A stretch of 64,000 bases of DNA from Pseudomonadota bacterium (GTDB lineage Bacteria; Myxococcota_A; Polyangia; Fen-1088): assembly GCA_017881245.1 (NCBI GenBank), contig JADGRC010000086.1, forward strand, positions 10,273-74,272, written 5' to 3'. The notes below the pieces were generated by a model that was given only the letters and a program-made list of their open reading frames with translations, was not told where the DNA came from and searched no databases. Position numbers and translations under genes: made by a program. Shown in pieces: positions 1 through 9,725 of this stretch (the first letter of the stretch is position 1; every line of letters begins with the position of its first letter).

Positions 1-139
1 ACAACGTTCTCGGCGTCCGCGTGACTGCCGCGGCGTCCTAGCAGGCGATTCGCTTTACGGCGTGCCCCGCCCGAGGTGATGGGTGGGCGAATGGCCATGC
101 CAAGCCTTCCGCGCGTACCAGTTGCGTACCTGCGGCGCG

Positions 140-2005
140 TTAGAGGCGCCAGGCGGCCAAGGCAGCGATGATGACGCCCAGGATGGATTCCCCCGCCAGC
201 AGGCCTGCGGCCAGGGCGTTGGAGTCACCATCGTCCAACCTCGGGAGTCGGCGACGCGCCAACAAGACGGCTCCCGCACCGAGCGCGGCGGCCGCCGACA
301 GCGAGACGGGGGTGATCATGGCAATTCCCATCGCCATCGGTGAAGGAAGCATATTCCCTACGCGCGTGCGCCCAAGAACACTGAGAATAGTCCCAATCCC
401 GAACGCGATCGCTATGGCCTGCAGGCCGTGGGAGGGCAAGCCGTCGAGCCCGCCGTTCAACGCGAGGGCCGTGGCTCTCCACGAAACCGCCGAGGCCGCG
501 GGCATCCGTTCGGTTCCGAGTGGATAGACGCGAATGATCAGCAGATAGGCGGGCACGACGACCAGGCTTCCGACGACCGCACCCAGAACCTGTGCCACGA
601 CCTGGGCGCGGACAGAGGCGCGCAGGTTGTGTCCCGCGCGGAAGGCCCACATGCTCTGGGCCACCTCGGATGCGTTTCCCGAGACGATCGCACCGGAAAG
701 AAGCGACCCGGTCGTGCCACCACGGGCAAACAGAATTTGGCTGAGCGTACCGAAGGCTCCCACCGGCGCCATGTCCGTTTCTCCGGCGGCGCGGGCGCAT
801 ATGCCCGACAGTAGGACGGACAGAATTAGAGCGGCGCAGGTCAGGTAAGGGGAAAAGCCGAAGGCCCGCCAGCCCGTCCACGCAAGGACCATCGCCGATA
901 CGGTGACGATAGCCACCCCGACCACGAATATTCCCGAGCGTGCTTGCGCTTGCGCCGGCGCCGCGCCGATTGCTTTTCCTGGCCGAAACGAATTTCGCGC
1001 GTCGCGCAAGGTTCGCGTCAACACCTGACCGACGGCGCGCCAGCCAAACACGAACGGCACCAAGGTGCTCGACATCATCATCCCCAGCGCGGGCCAGACC
1101 AACCATGCTGTCAAGGTCCCGTAGTTCGCGTCCGCTGTCCATCCCGATCGTACGGCGATGGGGGCCACGATTCCCCAGGCTACAGCCCCTCCGAGCAACA
1201 GGCTGACCGCACTGCGCAGGCCGATGAACATGCCCGTCGCCGCCATGAGCGGGCTGCTGGCCACTCCCAGCGTCAAGGACGCGGCCGATATTCCGCCTAT
1301 CGTCAATGGCAGATAGATCGCTTGTGGAATGAGGTCCGTTCCCCCGTCCCGGAACCAGGTCAAGGCCCCTGCCGCCAGCGCCGCGCCGATCAAGAATCGC
1401 GTCTGCCGCGCGGCGCTGCCGTGATTGGAATGAACCGTTTTGATGAGCTCAGCGGTCGCGATTCCAGTCGGAAAGGGCAGGGCATCGTCGACCACCAGCT
1501 TGCGTCGGAGGAACACCGCTATCGCCACTCCGATCATGGCCAGGGTGATTCCCCAGGTCCACAAGGCCCACGGGGGCGTGGCTTGACCCATCAGCGCACG
1601 TGCGGGCATCGCTCCCATCAGTCCGTGGACGAAGCCCATGACAGCGGCCGAGGCGGCTGCCGTTTGCGCGATGTTGTTTTCAAGCGGGCCAAAGGGCAGA
1701 CGCACCCAACGTTTGAACGTGGCGAAGAAGGTGAAGCTGAGCAAGGCAGCCGTCAGGGCCCCCCCGTCGATGAAGCCCGATTTGAGGCCCGTGTACACAT
1801 TGCCGGCGGCCAGCACCGCGCCGATGGCCAGCCCCACCACCAGTGCCCGCGCCGTCAACTGTCGCGGAGCGGCCTCGGGTGGTGGTTCGGCGGCCGCACG
1901 CGGCGCTGTTTTTAGCTGTCCAGGCGTGGAGTGGTTCGTAACGTCCTGGTCGGCCTGGTCCAGCAACGCCTCGTCGCCGGTAAACGTGAACGGGAGCGCC
2001 GCCAT
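140..2005 (-). CDS. OPT-superfamily oligopeptide transporter (polytopic membrane protein)
   Basis: ORF 140..2056(-). The ATG at 2005 avoids overlap with the upstream regulator stop at 2013. About 620 aa, almost entirely Gly/Ala-rich hydrophobic helices. 'NVYTGLKSGFIDGG' resembles OPT-family signatures (from memory). Confidence 0.55.
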   Translation of the reverse strand: MAALPFTFTGDEALLDQADQDVTNHSTPGQLKTAPRAAAEPPPEAAPRQLTARALVVGLAIGAVLAAGNVYTGLKSGFIDGGALTAALLSFTFFATFKRWVRLPFGPLENNIAQTAAASAAVMGFVHGLMGAMPARALMGQATPPWALWTWGITLAMIGVAIAVFLRRKLVVDDALPFPTGIATAELIKTVHSNHGSAARQTRFLIGAALAAGALTWFRDGGTDLIPQAIYLPLTIGGISAASLTLGVASSPLMAATGMFIGLRSAVSLLLGGAVAWGIVAPIAVRSGWTADANYGTLTAWLVWPALGMMMSSTLVPFVFGWRAVGQVLTRTLRDARNSFRPGKAIGAAPAQAQARSGIFVVGVAIVTVSAMVLAWTGWRAFGFSPYLTCAALILSVLLSGICARAAGETDMAPVGAFGTLSQILFARGGTTGSLLSGAIVSGNASEVAQSMWAFRAGHNLRASVRAQVVAQVLGAVVGSLVVVPAYLLIIRVYPLGTERMPAASAVSWRATALALNGGLDGLPSHGLQAIAIAFGIGTILSVLGRTRVGNMLPSPMAMGIAMITPVSLSAAAALGAGAVLLARRRLPRLDDGDSNALAAGLLAGESILGVIIAALAAWRL

Positions 2006-2012
2006 GTCGTCG

Positions 2013-3107
2013 CTACGCGCCTGGGGGCGCCTCGTCCTCGCGGATCGACGACTCACGCGTGCGCAAACCGTGCTTCCAGAGCAAGCGGTAAAAATAGATA
2101 CGATCGACGCCGGCTGAACGCGCCGCGATGCTGACGCGGTTGTCGTTGACGCGCAGCAACTCTTCGAGGTAGCGCTTTTCGAAGTTGTTCACCCATTCGT
2201 CCCGTGCCTCGCGCAGTGGACGTCCGATTCCCGCCGCGTTTTCTGGCGTCGCCAGAGTCGAGCCGGCATTGCTTGCTTGAGGTGGCGTGAACTCTCGTAA
2301 AGCCACGCAGCGTTCCAGGTGATTTCGCAGCTCGCGGATGTTCCCAGGCCAGTCGTGCCGCGACAGCCTGGCGAGGAACTCGGGGGATTGAATTGTTCGC
2401 GCGGTATCGGGATCGAGGGCGCCCATCGTGCGGGCGATATGCTCAACCAAAAGTGGCAGATCCGAGATGCGCTCGCGCAACGGAGGCAGGCGAATTTCGA
2501 CGACGGCCAGTCGGTAGTACAGGTCCGAGCGAAATTTTCGCGCCGCCACCTGTTCGCGCAGAGCGCGGTTGGTGGCCGCCACCAGGCGCACGTTCACAGG
2601 AACGTGCTGATTCGTCCCGATGCGTCTGACCTCGCGACGTTCGAGGACGCGGAGAAGCTTTGGCTGCAGATCGATGCTCAGCTCACCGATCTCGTCGAGA
2701 AAAACCGTGCCCCCGGCGGCAGCCTCGAATACGCCTTGGCGCGAGCCGACGGCGCCGGTGAACGAGCCGCGCTCGTGTCCGAACAATTCGCTCTCGAGCA
2801 GTTGGGGAGGAATCGCGCCGCAGTCGACCACCAGGAATGGTTTGTCGCGCCGCCGGCTTCCGCGGTGTACGGCTTCCGCGGTTACTTCCTTACCTGTTCC
2901 CGTCTCGCCCTCCAGCAACACGGTGGCGTCGCTGGCGGCCGCGCGCTCTAGGGTTTCGAACACGGCGCGCATGGGAGGCGACTGTCCGACCATCCGGCCG
3001 AATCGTTCCCGCTCGCGCTCGCCGCGGAGATCACGCTCCTCGGAAAACGATAGCGTATCGCTTCCGATCGCGAGGGCCGCGCCGGCGCCTCTAAGGCCGT
3101 TCACCAC
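2013..3107 (-). CDS. sigma-54-dependent transcriptional activator (AAA+ and Fis-type HTH, no N-terminal sensor/receiver domain)
   Basis: Walker A 'GETGTGKE'. 'ELFGHERGSFTGA' is a GAFTGA-type sigma54 contact loop. 'DEIGELS' is Walker B. The C-terminal 'ISIAARSAGVDRIYFYRLLWKHGL' is an HTH. Only ~35 aa precede the AAA+ core. GTG start. Confidence 0.85.
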   Translation of the reverse strand: MVNGLRGAGAALAIGSDTLSFSEERDLRGERERERFGRMVGQSPPMRAVFETLERAAASDATVLLEGETGTGKEVTAEAVHRGSRRRDKPFLVVDCGAIPPQLLESELFGHERGSFTGAVGSRQGVFEAAAGGTVFLDEIGELSIDLQPKLLRVLERREVRRIGTNQHVPVNVRLVAATNRALREQVAARKFRSDLYYRLAVVEIRLPPLRERISDLPLLVEHIARTMGALDPDTARTIQSPEFLARLSRHDWPGNIRELRNHLERCVALREFTPPQASNAGSTLATPENAAGIGRPLREARDEWVNNFEKRYLEELLRVNDNRVSIAARSAGVDRIYFYRLLWKHGLRTRESSIREDEAPPGA

Positions 3108-3194
3108 GGGACAGATATCGGCGGCAGGGGAGGATACCTGAAGGCCTGCATGCGCCTGTGGAGTCGAAGGTCGGGGGGCGACCCCGCGCGTCAG

Positions 3195-4205
3195 CTACAG
3201 GGCCGCCGCCACTGTCGCGGCGCCGAGCAGACCGGGCTGGGCGTGCGTGACCACGAAGACCGGGATGCGGGCGACGATTGGCTGCAGGCGTCCCTTGCGC
3301 TCGAACGCGTCACGAAACAGTCCCTTTTGCAGAAACGGCAGGACCCGCGGCGCGATGCCGCCGGCGATGAAGACCCCACCGGTGGTCAGCAGCGCCAACG
3401 CCAGATTTCCCGCCAGGGCGCCGAGCACGCCGCAGAACGTCGCCAACGCCGCCGCACACACCGGATCGCTGCCGTCGAGGGCCCGACGCGAGATCACAGC
3501 CGCCGGATCACCGGCCGCCATTGCACTGGCCGTGTCGGATCGCCCCAGCATTCGGAACGCCGCCTCCTCGTTCAAGAACGCGTACGCGTCGACCAGACCC
3601 TGGCCTGACAGCACGCGTTCATACGACACGCGTCCATACTTGGCCGCCAGATGGCGCAGCAGATCGCATTCGAGCGGTGTGCGTGGCGCGAAGTCGGCGT
3701 GGCCGCCCTCGGACGGAACGACCTGATATCGACTTTCGGTGTGAGACCAGAGCAGGAACGCTTCGCCCAATCCGGTTCCCGCGCCGAGCACGGCGACCGG
3801 CCCTCGGGGATCGCGCGGCCCACCTCCCAGCGCGACCAGCCCCTCGGTCGACACGGACAGGCTGCCTAGGGCGGCCGCGTAGAAGTCGTTCACCAGCCGG
3901 ACGTGCGGGATTGAGAGCTGCTGTGACAGCGCGCGACCGTCGACCACCCAGGGCAGGTTCGTCGCGCGACAGACGTTGCCCTCGACGGGGCCCGCGATGC
4001 CAAAGCACGCCCGGTGCGGCGGCACGGCCGCCGACGGTATCGCGGCGCGCGCCTCGCCGAGGAATCTTTCGGCGATGGCATTCAGGCTGGACTGCGACGC
4101 CGAGGGATACGTCTTCTCGATGACCAGCGTGTACGTATCGCCGCTGACCTCGAACAACGCGAGGCGCGTGTTGGTACCACCAATATCGCCCGCGAGAACT
4201 ATCAT
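3195..4205 (-). CDS. glk: glucokinase
   Basis: The internal ATG at 4205 gives 'MIVLAGDIGGTNTRLALFEV', the glucokinase ATP-binding N-terminus. Length 336 aa. The upstream part of ORF 3195..4526 is Arg/Pro-rich non-coding-looking sequence. Confidence 0.8.
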   Translation of the reverse strand: MIVLAGDIGGTNTRLALFEVSGDTYTLVIEKTYPSASQSSLNAIAERFLGEARAAIPSAAVPPHRACFGIAGPVEGNVCRATNLPWVVDGRALSQQLSIPHVRLVNDFYAAALGSLSVSTEGLVALGGGPRDPRGPVAVLGAGTGLGEAFLLWSHTESRYQVVPSEGGHADFAPRTPLECDLLRHLAAKYGRVSYERVLSGQGLVDAYAFLNEEAAFRMLGRSDTASAMAAGDPAAVISRRALDGSDPVCAAALATFCGVLGALAGNLALALLTTGGVFIAGGIAPRVLPFLQKGLFRDAFERKGRLQPIVARIPVFVVTHAQPGLLGAATVAAAL

Positions 4206-4240
4206 CGGGTCGTCACCATAAGTCGATAGGGAGAGGGCCG

Positions 4241-7069
4241 TCAGGGCGCGGCGGACAGAATCGTCAGGAGGCGCTCCAACCCACCTTCGATGTCTCGACC
4301 CAGATGAACGCGGATGGCGCGGCGCCCCCGCCGTCGCAGGACCTGAAGATCTCCGAGCGCCTGGGCGTCGCGCAGTAAACCGAACGAGTACGACTCGCCA
4401 GGTATCGCGAGATCGCTGACCACGTCCGCGGTCAGTTGCAGGAAAACGCCGTTGTTGGCGCCGCCTTTGTGAAGTTGGCCGGTGGAGTGGAGGAACCGGG
4501 GCCCGTAGCCCAAAGTCGTAGCGCATCGGGTCTTCTGGCGCGTGACCGTCCGCAGCCCCGTCAACAGGCGATCACGCGCCTCGCCCCGCACGAAGTAAGC
4601 GCAGAACGCGACATAATCGCCCGCGCCCGCGGACAGGACATGCCGGCGAATGGCCTCGCCGTCGGTGAGGGCAATCACGCCGTCGGCATCCGGCAACGTG
4701 CCTGACTTTTGTTGCACGGCCAGCAGGGCGCTCGTGGCCAGCTTGGCCTCGGTCACATTGGGTTCGTCGAACGGATTCACGCCCATCAAGCTGCCCGCGA
4801 TCGCCGTCGCCAATTCCCACCTGAAGAACTCGCGTCCAAGATCTGGCCGGCGCGGCACAGAAAGCCGGATCACCGGATAGCCCGCTCGCTCCAGATCTGC
4901 GACGCCGGCGCCGAGGTTGGGATCACCTCCGCGGTCGCCAAAGCTGGTCCACACGAACAACCGATCCGGTCCGTAAACGTCGGGCGGTCCGAGTGGTTCC
5001 AGATCGATGGGGACGATGCCCTTGCCGTTCTTGCCGGTGGATTCTGCCACCAGTTGCTCGATCCATGAGCCGAGGGTCCCGATCTCTGGATCGGTCAAGA
5101 GGGTCAGCTTGTCCCGGCCCTGGGCATGCAACGCGCCCAAGGTCGCGCCCAACCGCAAACCGGCGATCTCGGCGGCGGGGAGGTGAGGTGCCGATCCCAG
5201 CGCCAATGTTGCGCCACGGTCGATGACGGCCGCGATGTCGACGCCCAGCAGAGCCGCCGGCACCAGTCCGAAATACGAGAGGACCGAGTAGCGTCCGCCG
5301 ATATCGGCCGGGTTGACGAACACGCGACGGTACCGCTTTTCCTCGGCCAACTGGCCGAGGCGCGTGGCCGGATCGGTGATCGCGACGAACTGCGCCCCGG
5401 CCTTGGCCGTGTCGCCGCCGTGCGAGGACAGCACCTTGTCCCAAAAATAGTGTTCGAAGGCCTGGATCTCTATCGTCCCGCCGGATTTCGACGCGACCAC
5501 GAACAGCGTCGTGCGCAGATCGCCGGCGCCTTCGCCCCCGCTTTCGCCCCCACTTTCGATCGTCCGCACGGCTTCGGGATCAGTATTGTCCAGAACGTCC
5601 AGGGCCAGCCCCTTCGCGTGGTCGTAAAACGTGCGCGCGAACACCTCGGGCCCAAGCGAGCTGCCTCCCATTCCGAGGAGTACCGCCCTGGTGAAACCGG
5701 CCGCCTTTACCTCGGCGACGAACGCCTGAACCTCGGCCACCTTGGCGCGCATGAAATCCGGGCAGCGCAACCATCCTAGTCGACTGTGAATGGACTTTTC
5801 ATGCGCGGGATCGGGCGTGAACAGAGTTGCGTCGCCGCTCCACAGCCGATCCGGAGCGTGCCTGGACCCAAGGTCTTGAATCGCGGCCGCGACCGCGTCG
5901 GCGTCGGCCCCCGACAACGAGATCGTTTGTCGGCCGGAAGTTTCCTCGGCTATGGCCGCACACCGTGAGCCGATGACACCCAGTAGAGCATTCATCGAGG
6001 CGGCAAAAGCCCTTACGCCGTCGACCAACAAACCACGGCAAATTCGGTCCAGATCGATTCCCAATTCCGTCAAACCGGCGATCTGTGCCCGCGCTTCGTC
6101 GACACCGATGCTCAATGTCTCCGCGGGATGCCCGTGATCCAGATACGCGGCAAGCGTAGCCGGGGGTACCGTGTTGACCGTGTCCTTTCCAATTAGGCCA
6201 TCGAGATACATGGTGTCCGAGTAGCGCGGATCCTTCGTGCCCGTCGATGCCCACAAAAGTCGCTGCGGCCGCGCGCCCCGAGTCGCGAGCGCCTTCCAGC
6301 GCGCCCCGTTCACGACGTTCCCGAACGCCTCGTAAGCGAGCTTCGCGTTCGCGATCGCCGCCTTGCCGAGGAGCGCCGTGGCCTTCGCGTTTTGGGCCGC
6401 GCTTCCCAGTTTGATCTTTTCGTCCAACTGCTTGTCGCACGCGCTGTCCACGCGAGACACGAAGAAACTGGCCACCGACGCGACGTCATTCAGGGGGCCA
6501 CCCGCGGCCAATCGTCGCTCTAGGCCATCGATGTAGGCGTCGAAGACCTCCCGGTATTGATCGAGGCCGAAGATCAACGTGACGTTGACGCTGACCCCCG
6601 CCGCGGTGAGCGCCGCGATCGCGGGCAGACCTTCCGGCGTGGCCGGAACCTTGATCATGACGTTGGGGCGGTCGACCAGCTTTGCCAACCGCAGGCCCTC
6701 CGAGATCGTCTGCGCGGTGTTCGCCGCCAGTTCAGGAAGGACCTCCAAGGACACGCGGCCGTCGATTCCCGCCGTCGCCTGGTAGGTGGACAACAGCCGA
6801 TCGCATGCTGCCCGGATGTCGTCGATGGCCAGAGCTTCGTAAATCGCCGTGGTCCCAAGGCCCCGGGCGACCAACGCACGCAACGCGGTGTCGTAATCAT
6901 GGGAAGCCGCGATGGCCTTCTCGAAAATGGTGGGATTGGATGTGATGCCCATGACCCCCCGGTCGATCAACGTCTGCAGTTCGCCGGACGCGATCAGCCC
7001 CCGCCGGATGTTGTCGTACCAGATGCTCTGGCCAAGCTCGCGGGTCTTGTGAAGCGTCGTCGTGGGCAT
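4241..7069 (-). CDS. bifunctional transaldolase / glucose-6-phosphate isomerase
   Basis: The ATG at 7069 follows AAGGAGAG. The N-terminal half has 'WYDNIRR...GITSNPTIFEKAI' (transaldolase). The C-terminal half has 'LLGMGGSSLGPEV' (SIS/PGI). Length 942 aa. Confidence 0.8.
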   Translation of the reverse strand: MPTTTLHKTRELGQSIWYDNIRRGLIASGELQTLIDRGVMGITSNPTIFEKAIAASHDYDTALRALVARGLGTTAIYEALAIDDIRAACDRLLSTYQATAGIDGRVSLEVLPELAANTAQTISEGLRLAKLVDRPNVMIKVPATPEGLPAIAALTAAGVSVNVTLIFGLDQYREVFDAYIDGLERRLAAGGPLNDVASVASFFVSRVDSACDKQLDEKIKLGSAAQNAKATALLGKAAIANAKLAYEAFGNVVNGARWKALATRGARPQRLLWASTGTKDPRYSDTMYLDGLIGKDTVNTVPPATLAAYLDHGHPAETLSIGVDEARAQIAGLTELGIDLDRICRGLLVDGVRAFAASMNALLGVIGSRCAAIAEETSGRQTISLSGADADAVAAAIQDLGSRHAPDRLWSGDATLFTPDPAHEKSIHSRLGWLRCPDFMRAKVAEVQAFVAEVKAAGFTRAVLLGMGGSSLGPEVFARTFYDHAKGLALDVLDNTDPEAVRTIESGGESGGEGAGDLRTTLFVVASKSGGTIEIQAFEHYFWDKVLSSHGGDTAKAGAQFVAITDPATRLGQLAEEKRYRRVFVNPADIGGRYSVLSYFGLVPAALLGVDIAAVIDRGATLALGSAPHLPAAEIAGLRLGATLGALHAQGRDKLTLLTDPEIGTLGSWIEQLVAESTGKNGKGIVPIDLEPLGPPDVYGPDRLFVWTSFGDRGGDPNLGAGVADLERAGYPVIRLSVPRRPDLGREFFRWELATAIAGSLMGVNPFDEPNVTEAKLATSALLAVQQKSGTLPDADGVIALTDGEAIRRHVLSAGAGDYVAFCAYFVRGEARDRLLTGLRTVTRQKTRCATTLGYGPRFLHSTGQLHKGGANNGVFLQLTADVVSDLAIPGESYSFGLLRDAQALGDLQVLRRRGRRAIRVHLGRDIEGGLERLLTILSAAP

Positions 7070-7092
7070 GGGGAACGTCTCTCCTTTGGGAA

Positions 7093-7557
7093 TCAGACAG
7101 AGGGGTTGGGGATCGGAGGCGCGACCGCTTGGTCTCTGTCGTCTATTTGGGCGACGCGCGCCGCGTGCCGCCCACCGTCGAACGCCGTCGCGATCCACAC
7201 GTCCAGGATTGCCCTGGCTTCGGCTTTGGAAACCATGCGCGCGCACAGGACATTGGCATCGTTGTGGGCGCGGGAGAGTCGAGCGGAGTCGACGTTCCAT
7301 GCGTCCACCGCGCGAACGCCTTGCACCTTGTTGGCGGCCATGCACATGCCGATGCCGGAGCCGCAAACCAAGAGTCCCCGGGAGCCGGGATCGTTGCGAA
7401 CCAATCGACCAACCTCCGTCGCCGCGAGGGGATAGTCGCAGGATCTTGGGTCGACCGGACCCCGATCGTCCACGTCGATCCCGCGGCCCCGCAGGATGCC
7501 AACCAACTCTTGTCGCAACTCGAAGCCGGCATGATCGCTGCTGGCGTAAATCTTCAC
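7093..7557 (-). CDS. rpiB: ribose-5-phosphate isomerase B
   Basis: 'KIYASSDHAGFELRQ...' and 'LLVCGSGIGMCMAANKVQGVRA' are typical RpiB/LacAB motifs. 154 aa. GTG start. Confidence 0.85.
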   Translation of the reverse strand: MKIYASSDHAGFELRQELVGILRGRGIDVDDRGPVDPRSCDYPLAATEVGRLVRNDPGSRGLLVCGSGIGMCMAANKVQGVRAVDAWNVDSARLSRAHNDANVLCARMVSKAEARAILDVWIATAFDGGRHAARVAQIDDRDQAVAPPIPNPSV

Positions 7558-7916
7558 GGTTGTTCTCTTTCGTCCCCTTGGCTGGCGGGCAGCATGGCAG
7601 CGGCCTCCGGCGGTGTAAAGCCTACGCCTACACCGGAGTCGTGCCAGCGGGCCGGGGTATCGGGTTTCCGTTTTCGAGCGCCAGTGTTGTCAAGCATTCA
7701 CCGTGATCGCGACACGCACGCCCCGTTTCACGAGCATCCCTGGCCACGTCGTGAACGGGCAAAACACTCAAGTTCCTCCTGTTTTTGGACGAAGGGGCAG
7801 GCGTGCCGCCACCGGCCAAGGCCCGCGCACGCCTTTTGCTAGCCCAAGGGACACTGCCGCCGGCGTCCGCCCTCGACGCCTTTACCCACTATCACCTTAT
7901 TGGAAAGGACACATCG

Positions 7917-9458
7917 ATGATGACTTGTAGACCCCGTTCCTTGACTTGGCTGACACTGGCCGCGGCTGGCCTCGGTGCCTGTGAAAATGGCTCTCCGGCG
8001 ATAGACGAACAGGCGCTCACCGGACAGGCCGCGGCACACGCGGAAGAAGTCATGCACGCATCGGGAATGGCCATGGCGTTCACGGTCGCCGACGGCGGAA
8101 CGGTGAGCAAGGTCATGGGGTCGACGAATTCGACGGCCAGCGCGGTCGTGGCCCCCATGTTGGCGTCGGCGATGCCGCCATCCGCGATGATGCGCGCGAT
8201 GGTCGGTCCCCAACTGACGCAGCAAATGACGGGCCTGCAGTTGCCGTCCATGATGACGACTCAGGAACGCTTCGACAACGCCGGGGAGGAACTGCGGCGT
8301 TTGATGAAAGAGCGGTTGTTCGTCAGCGCCAACTTCGAGAACAAGGCGAACGGCACGGCGACATATTTGCTTCATGGCGATCCGACGTGCCGCCGTCTGT
8401 CGCAGGACACCGACCCACCGGGCTTCATACCGGCCATGGATCAGAAATGCGCGGACGATTTCGCGAAGGTCGACGTCCGCATCGCCGTGACAGCGGATGG
8501 CGACGGCGCGCGACTGACAGTCCTCATTGGGCCCGATCGGCTGGAACTGATCGCGGTCATCATTCATTCGGACGAGGTCGCCTCGGAGATCGACCTGCCC
8601 AAGACCAAGGCAGCGAGCGACCTCATCCAGCAGAAGCTGGGCGACGGCAACCCAACGGGGATGTACCTGCGGTTGGCCGGCAAGGTGCGGGCATCGCTGA
8701 AGAAGATCGCGGTTCAGAAGGTCACCGCCGCGTTCGCCATCCTCGAAGGTTTGGACATCCAGCAAACGACGACCTCCGCCTCAGTGAAGATCGCCGCGAC
8801 CGATCCGGTGGTCGCCCTCACCAGCGATGGGGGCTCGAAGTCCGCGGAGCTGCAGCTGGGGCTCGGCGCGACCGACCTCGCAACGACGTGGGATCCGCAC
8901 GCGACGGGCATCGCGAACCACGATCTGCACTTGGTGATCGGAGGGGTGTACGGCAAATTGTCCCTGGACGACGGTGCCAAGCAGATCGTGTTGACGGACG
9001 TGGGCATTGCCGAGTCCGCGGTCAGCGTTCGGGGCGCCAGCATCTTCGATCTGAACCTGAACGCGGATTCGATGCGCCGCTTCTCGGGTAAGCTGACGGT
9101 CAACGCGAACGGTGTCTCGCGGCTCGAGCTCACGCCGAAGTTCGAACTGAGTCTGGCGTTCGACTACAACGCAATCGCCGGCGATCTTTCCTCGCCGCCG
9201 GACGCGACCGTCGCGCACGAGACCTACGGCGTGACACTGGCGAACGGTGGCGCGTCGACCATCATCGAGGAGGTCCAAAGCACCCCGACCTTCGGCGGTG
9301 GGTTGAAGTTGGTACAGGGCACGCTGACGCTGAAGGCCGCGAGTGTCCCACTCGAAACCCTGGTCGTCGAAGCCAACCGGTGCCTGGTCTCCGTTAACCC
9401 GATCCCCGCCGGCAAGCACCCCATCCTGGGCGCTCTAGCCGCCGTCGATTGTCCGTAA
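7917..9458 (+). CDS. lipoprotein of unknown function
   Basis: The ATG at 7917 gives 'MMTCRPRSLTWLTLAAAGLGAC', a signal peptide plus lipobox. The mature part is Ala/Thr/Gly/Asp-rich with no domain I recognise. Confidence 0.6.
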   Translation: MMTCRPRSLTWLTLAAAGLGACENGSPAIDEQALTGQAAAHAEEVMHASGMAMAFTVADGGTVSKVMGSTNSTASAVVAPMLASAMPPSAMMRAMVGPQLTQQMTGLQLPSMMTTQERFDNAGEELRRLMKERLFVSANFENKANGTATYLLHGDPTCRRLSQDTDPPGFIPAMDQKCADDFAKVDVRIAVTADGDGARLTVLIGPDRLELIAVIIHSDEVASEIDLPKTKAASDLIQQKLGDGNPTGMYLRLAGKVRASLKKIAVQKVTAAFAILEGLDIQQTTTSASVKIAATDPVVALTSDGGSKSAELQLGLGATDLATTWDPHATGIANHDLHLVIGGVYGKLSLDDGAKQIVLTDVGIAESAVSVRGASIFDLNLNADSMRRFSGKLTVNANGVSRLELTPKFELSLAFDYNAIAGDLSSPPDATVAHETYGVTLANGGASTIIEEVQSTPTFGGGLKLVQGTLTLKAASVPLETLVVEANRCLVSVNPIPAGKHPILGALAAVDCP

Positions 9459-9546
9459 AGGAGCGCGGGGGGCCTGGGAAGGCCCCCCACGAGCCCCCCT
9501 TCGGATTGCTTAAGTAGTTGGCCGGCGCGGCGAAGCCGCGCCTCCT
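9459..9546 (+). repeat. structured intergenic repeat, copy A (two hairpins, starts right after the stop codon)
   Basis: Layout: AGGAGCGC; hairpin 1 GGGGGGCC-tgggaa-GGCCCCCC (9467..9488); CCCCCCTTCGGATTGCT; hairpin 2 GGCGCGGC-gaa-GCCGCGCC (9524..9542); TCCT. It aligns block for block with 15371..15469(-) and 53283..53379(-). Confidence 0.65.
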
Positions 9547-9725
9547 GTACTGGAATAGCTGCGCCCCGGAAATTCGGAGCTACTCGCGCGATTGCAGTCT
9601 AGACGTCGGGACGGCCGCGGCTGGGGGCGCTTTGCCGTCGCCGACACCGTTGTGTCGTCAAAGGTTTGCGGGGACGACATGGCGTGTTCCCCGTCGCGTA
9701 AAGCGCGACACCTAGCATTTTGGAC

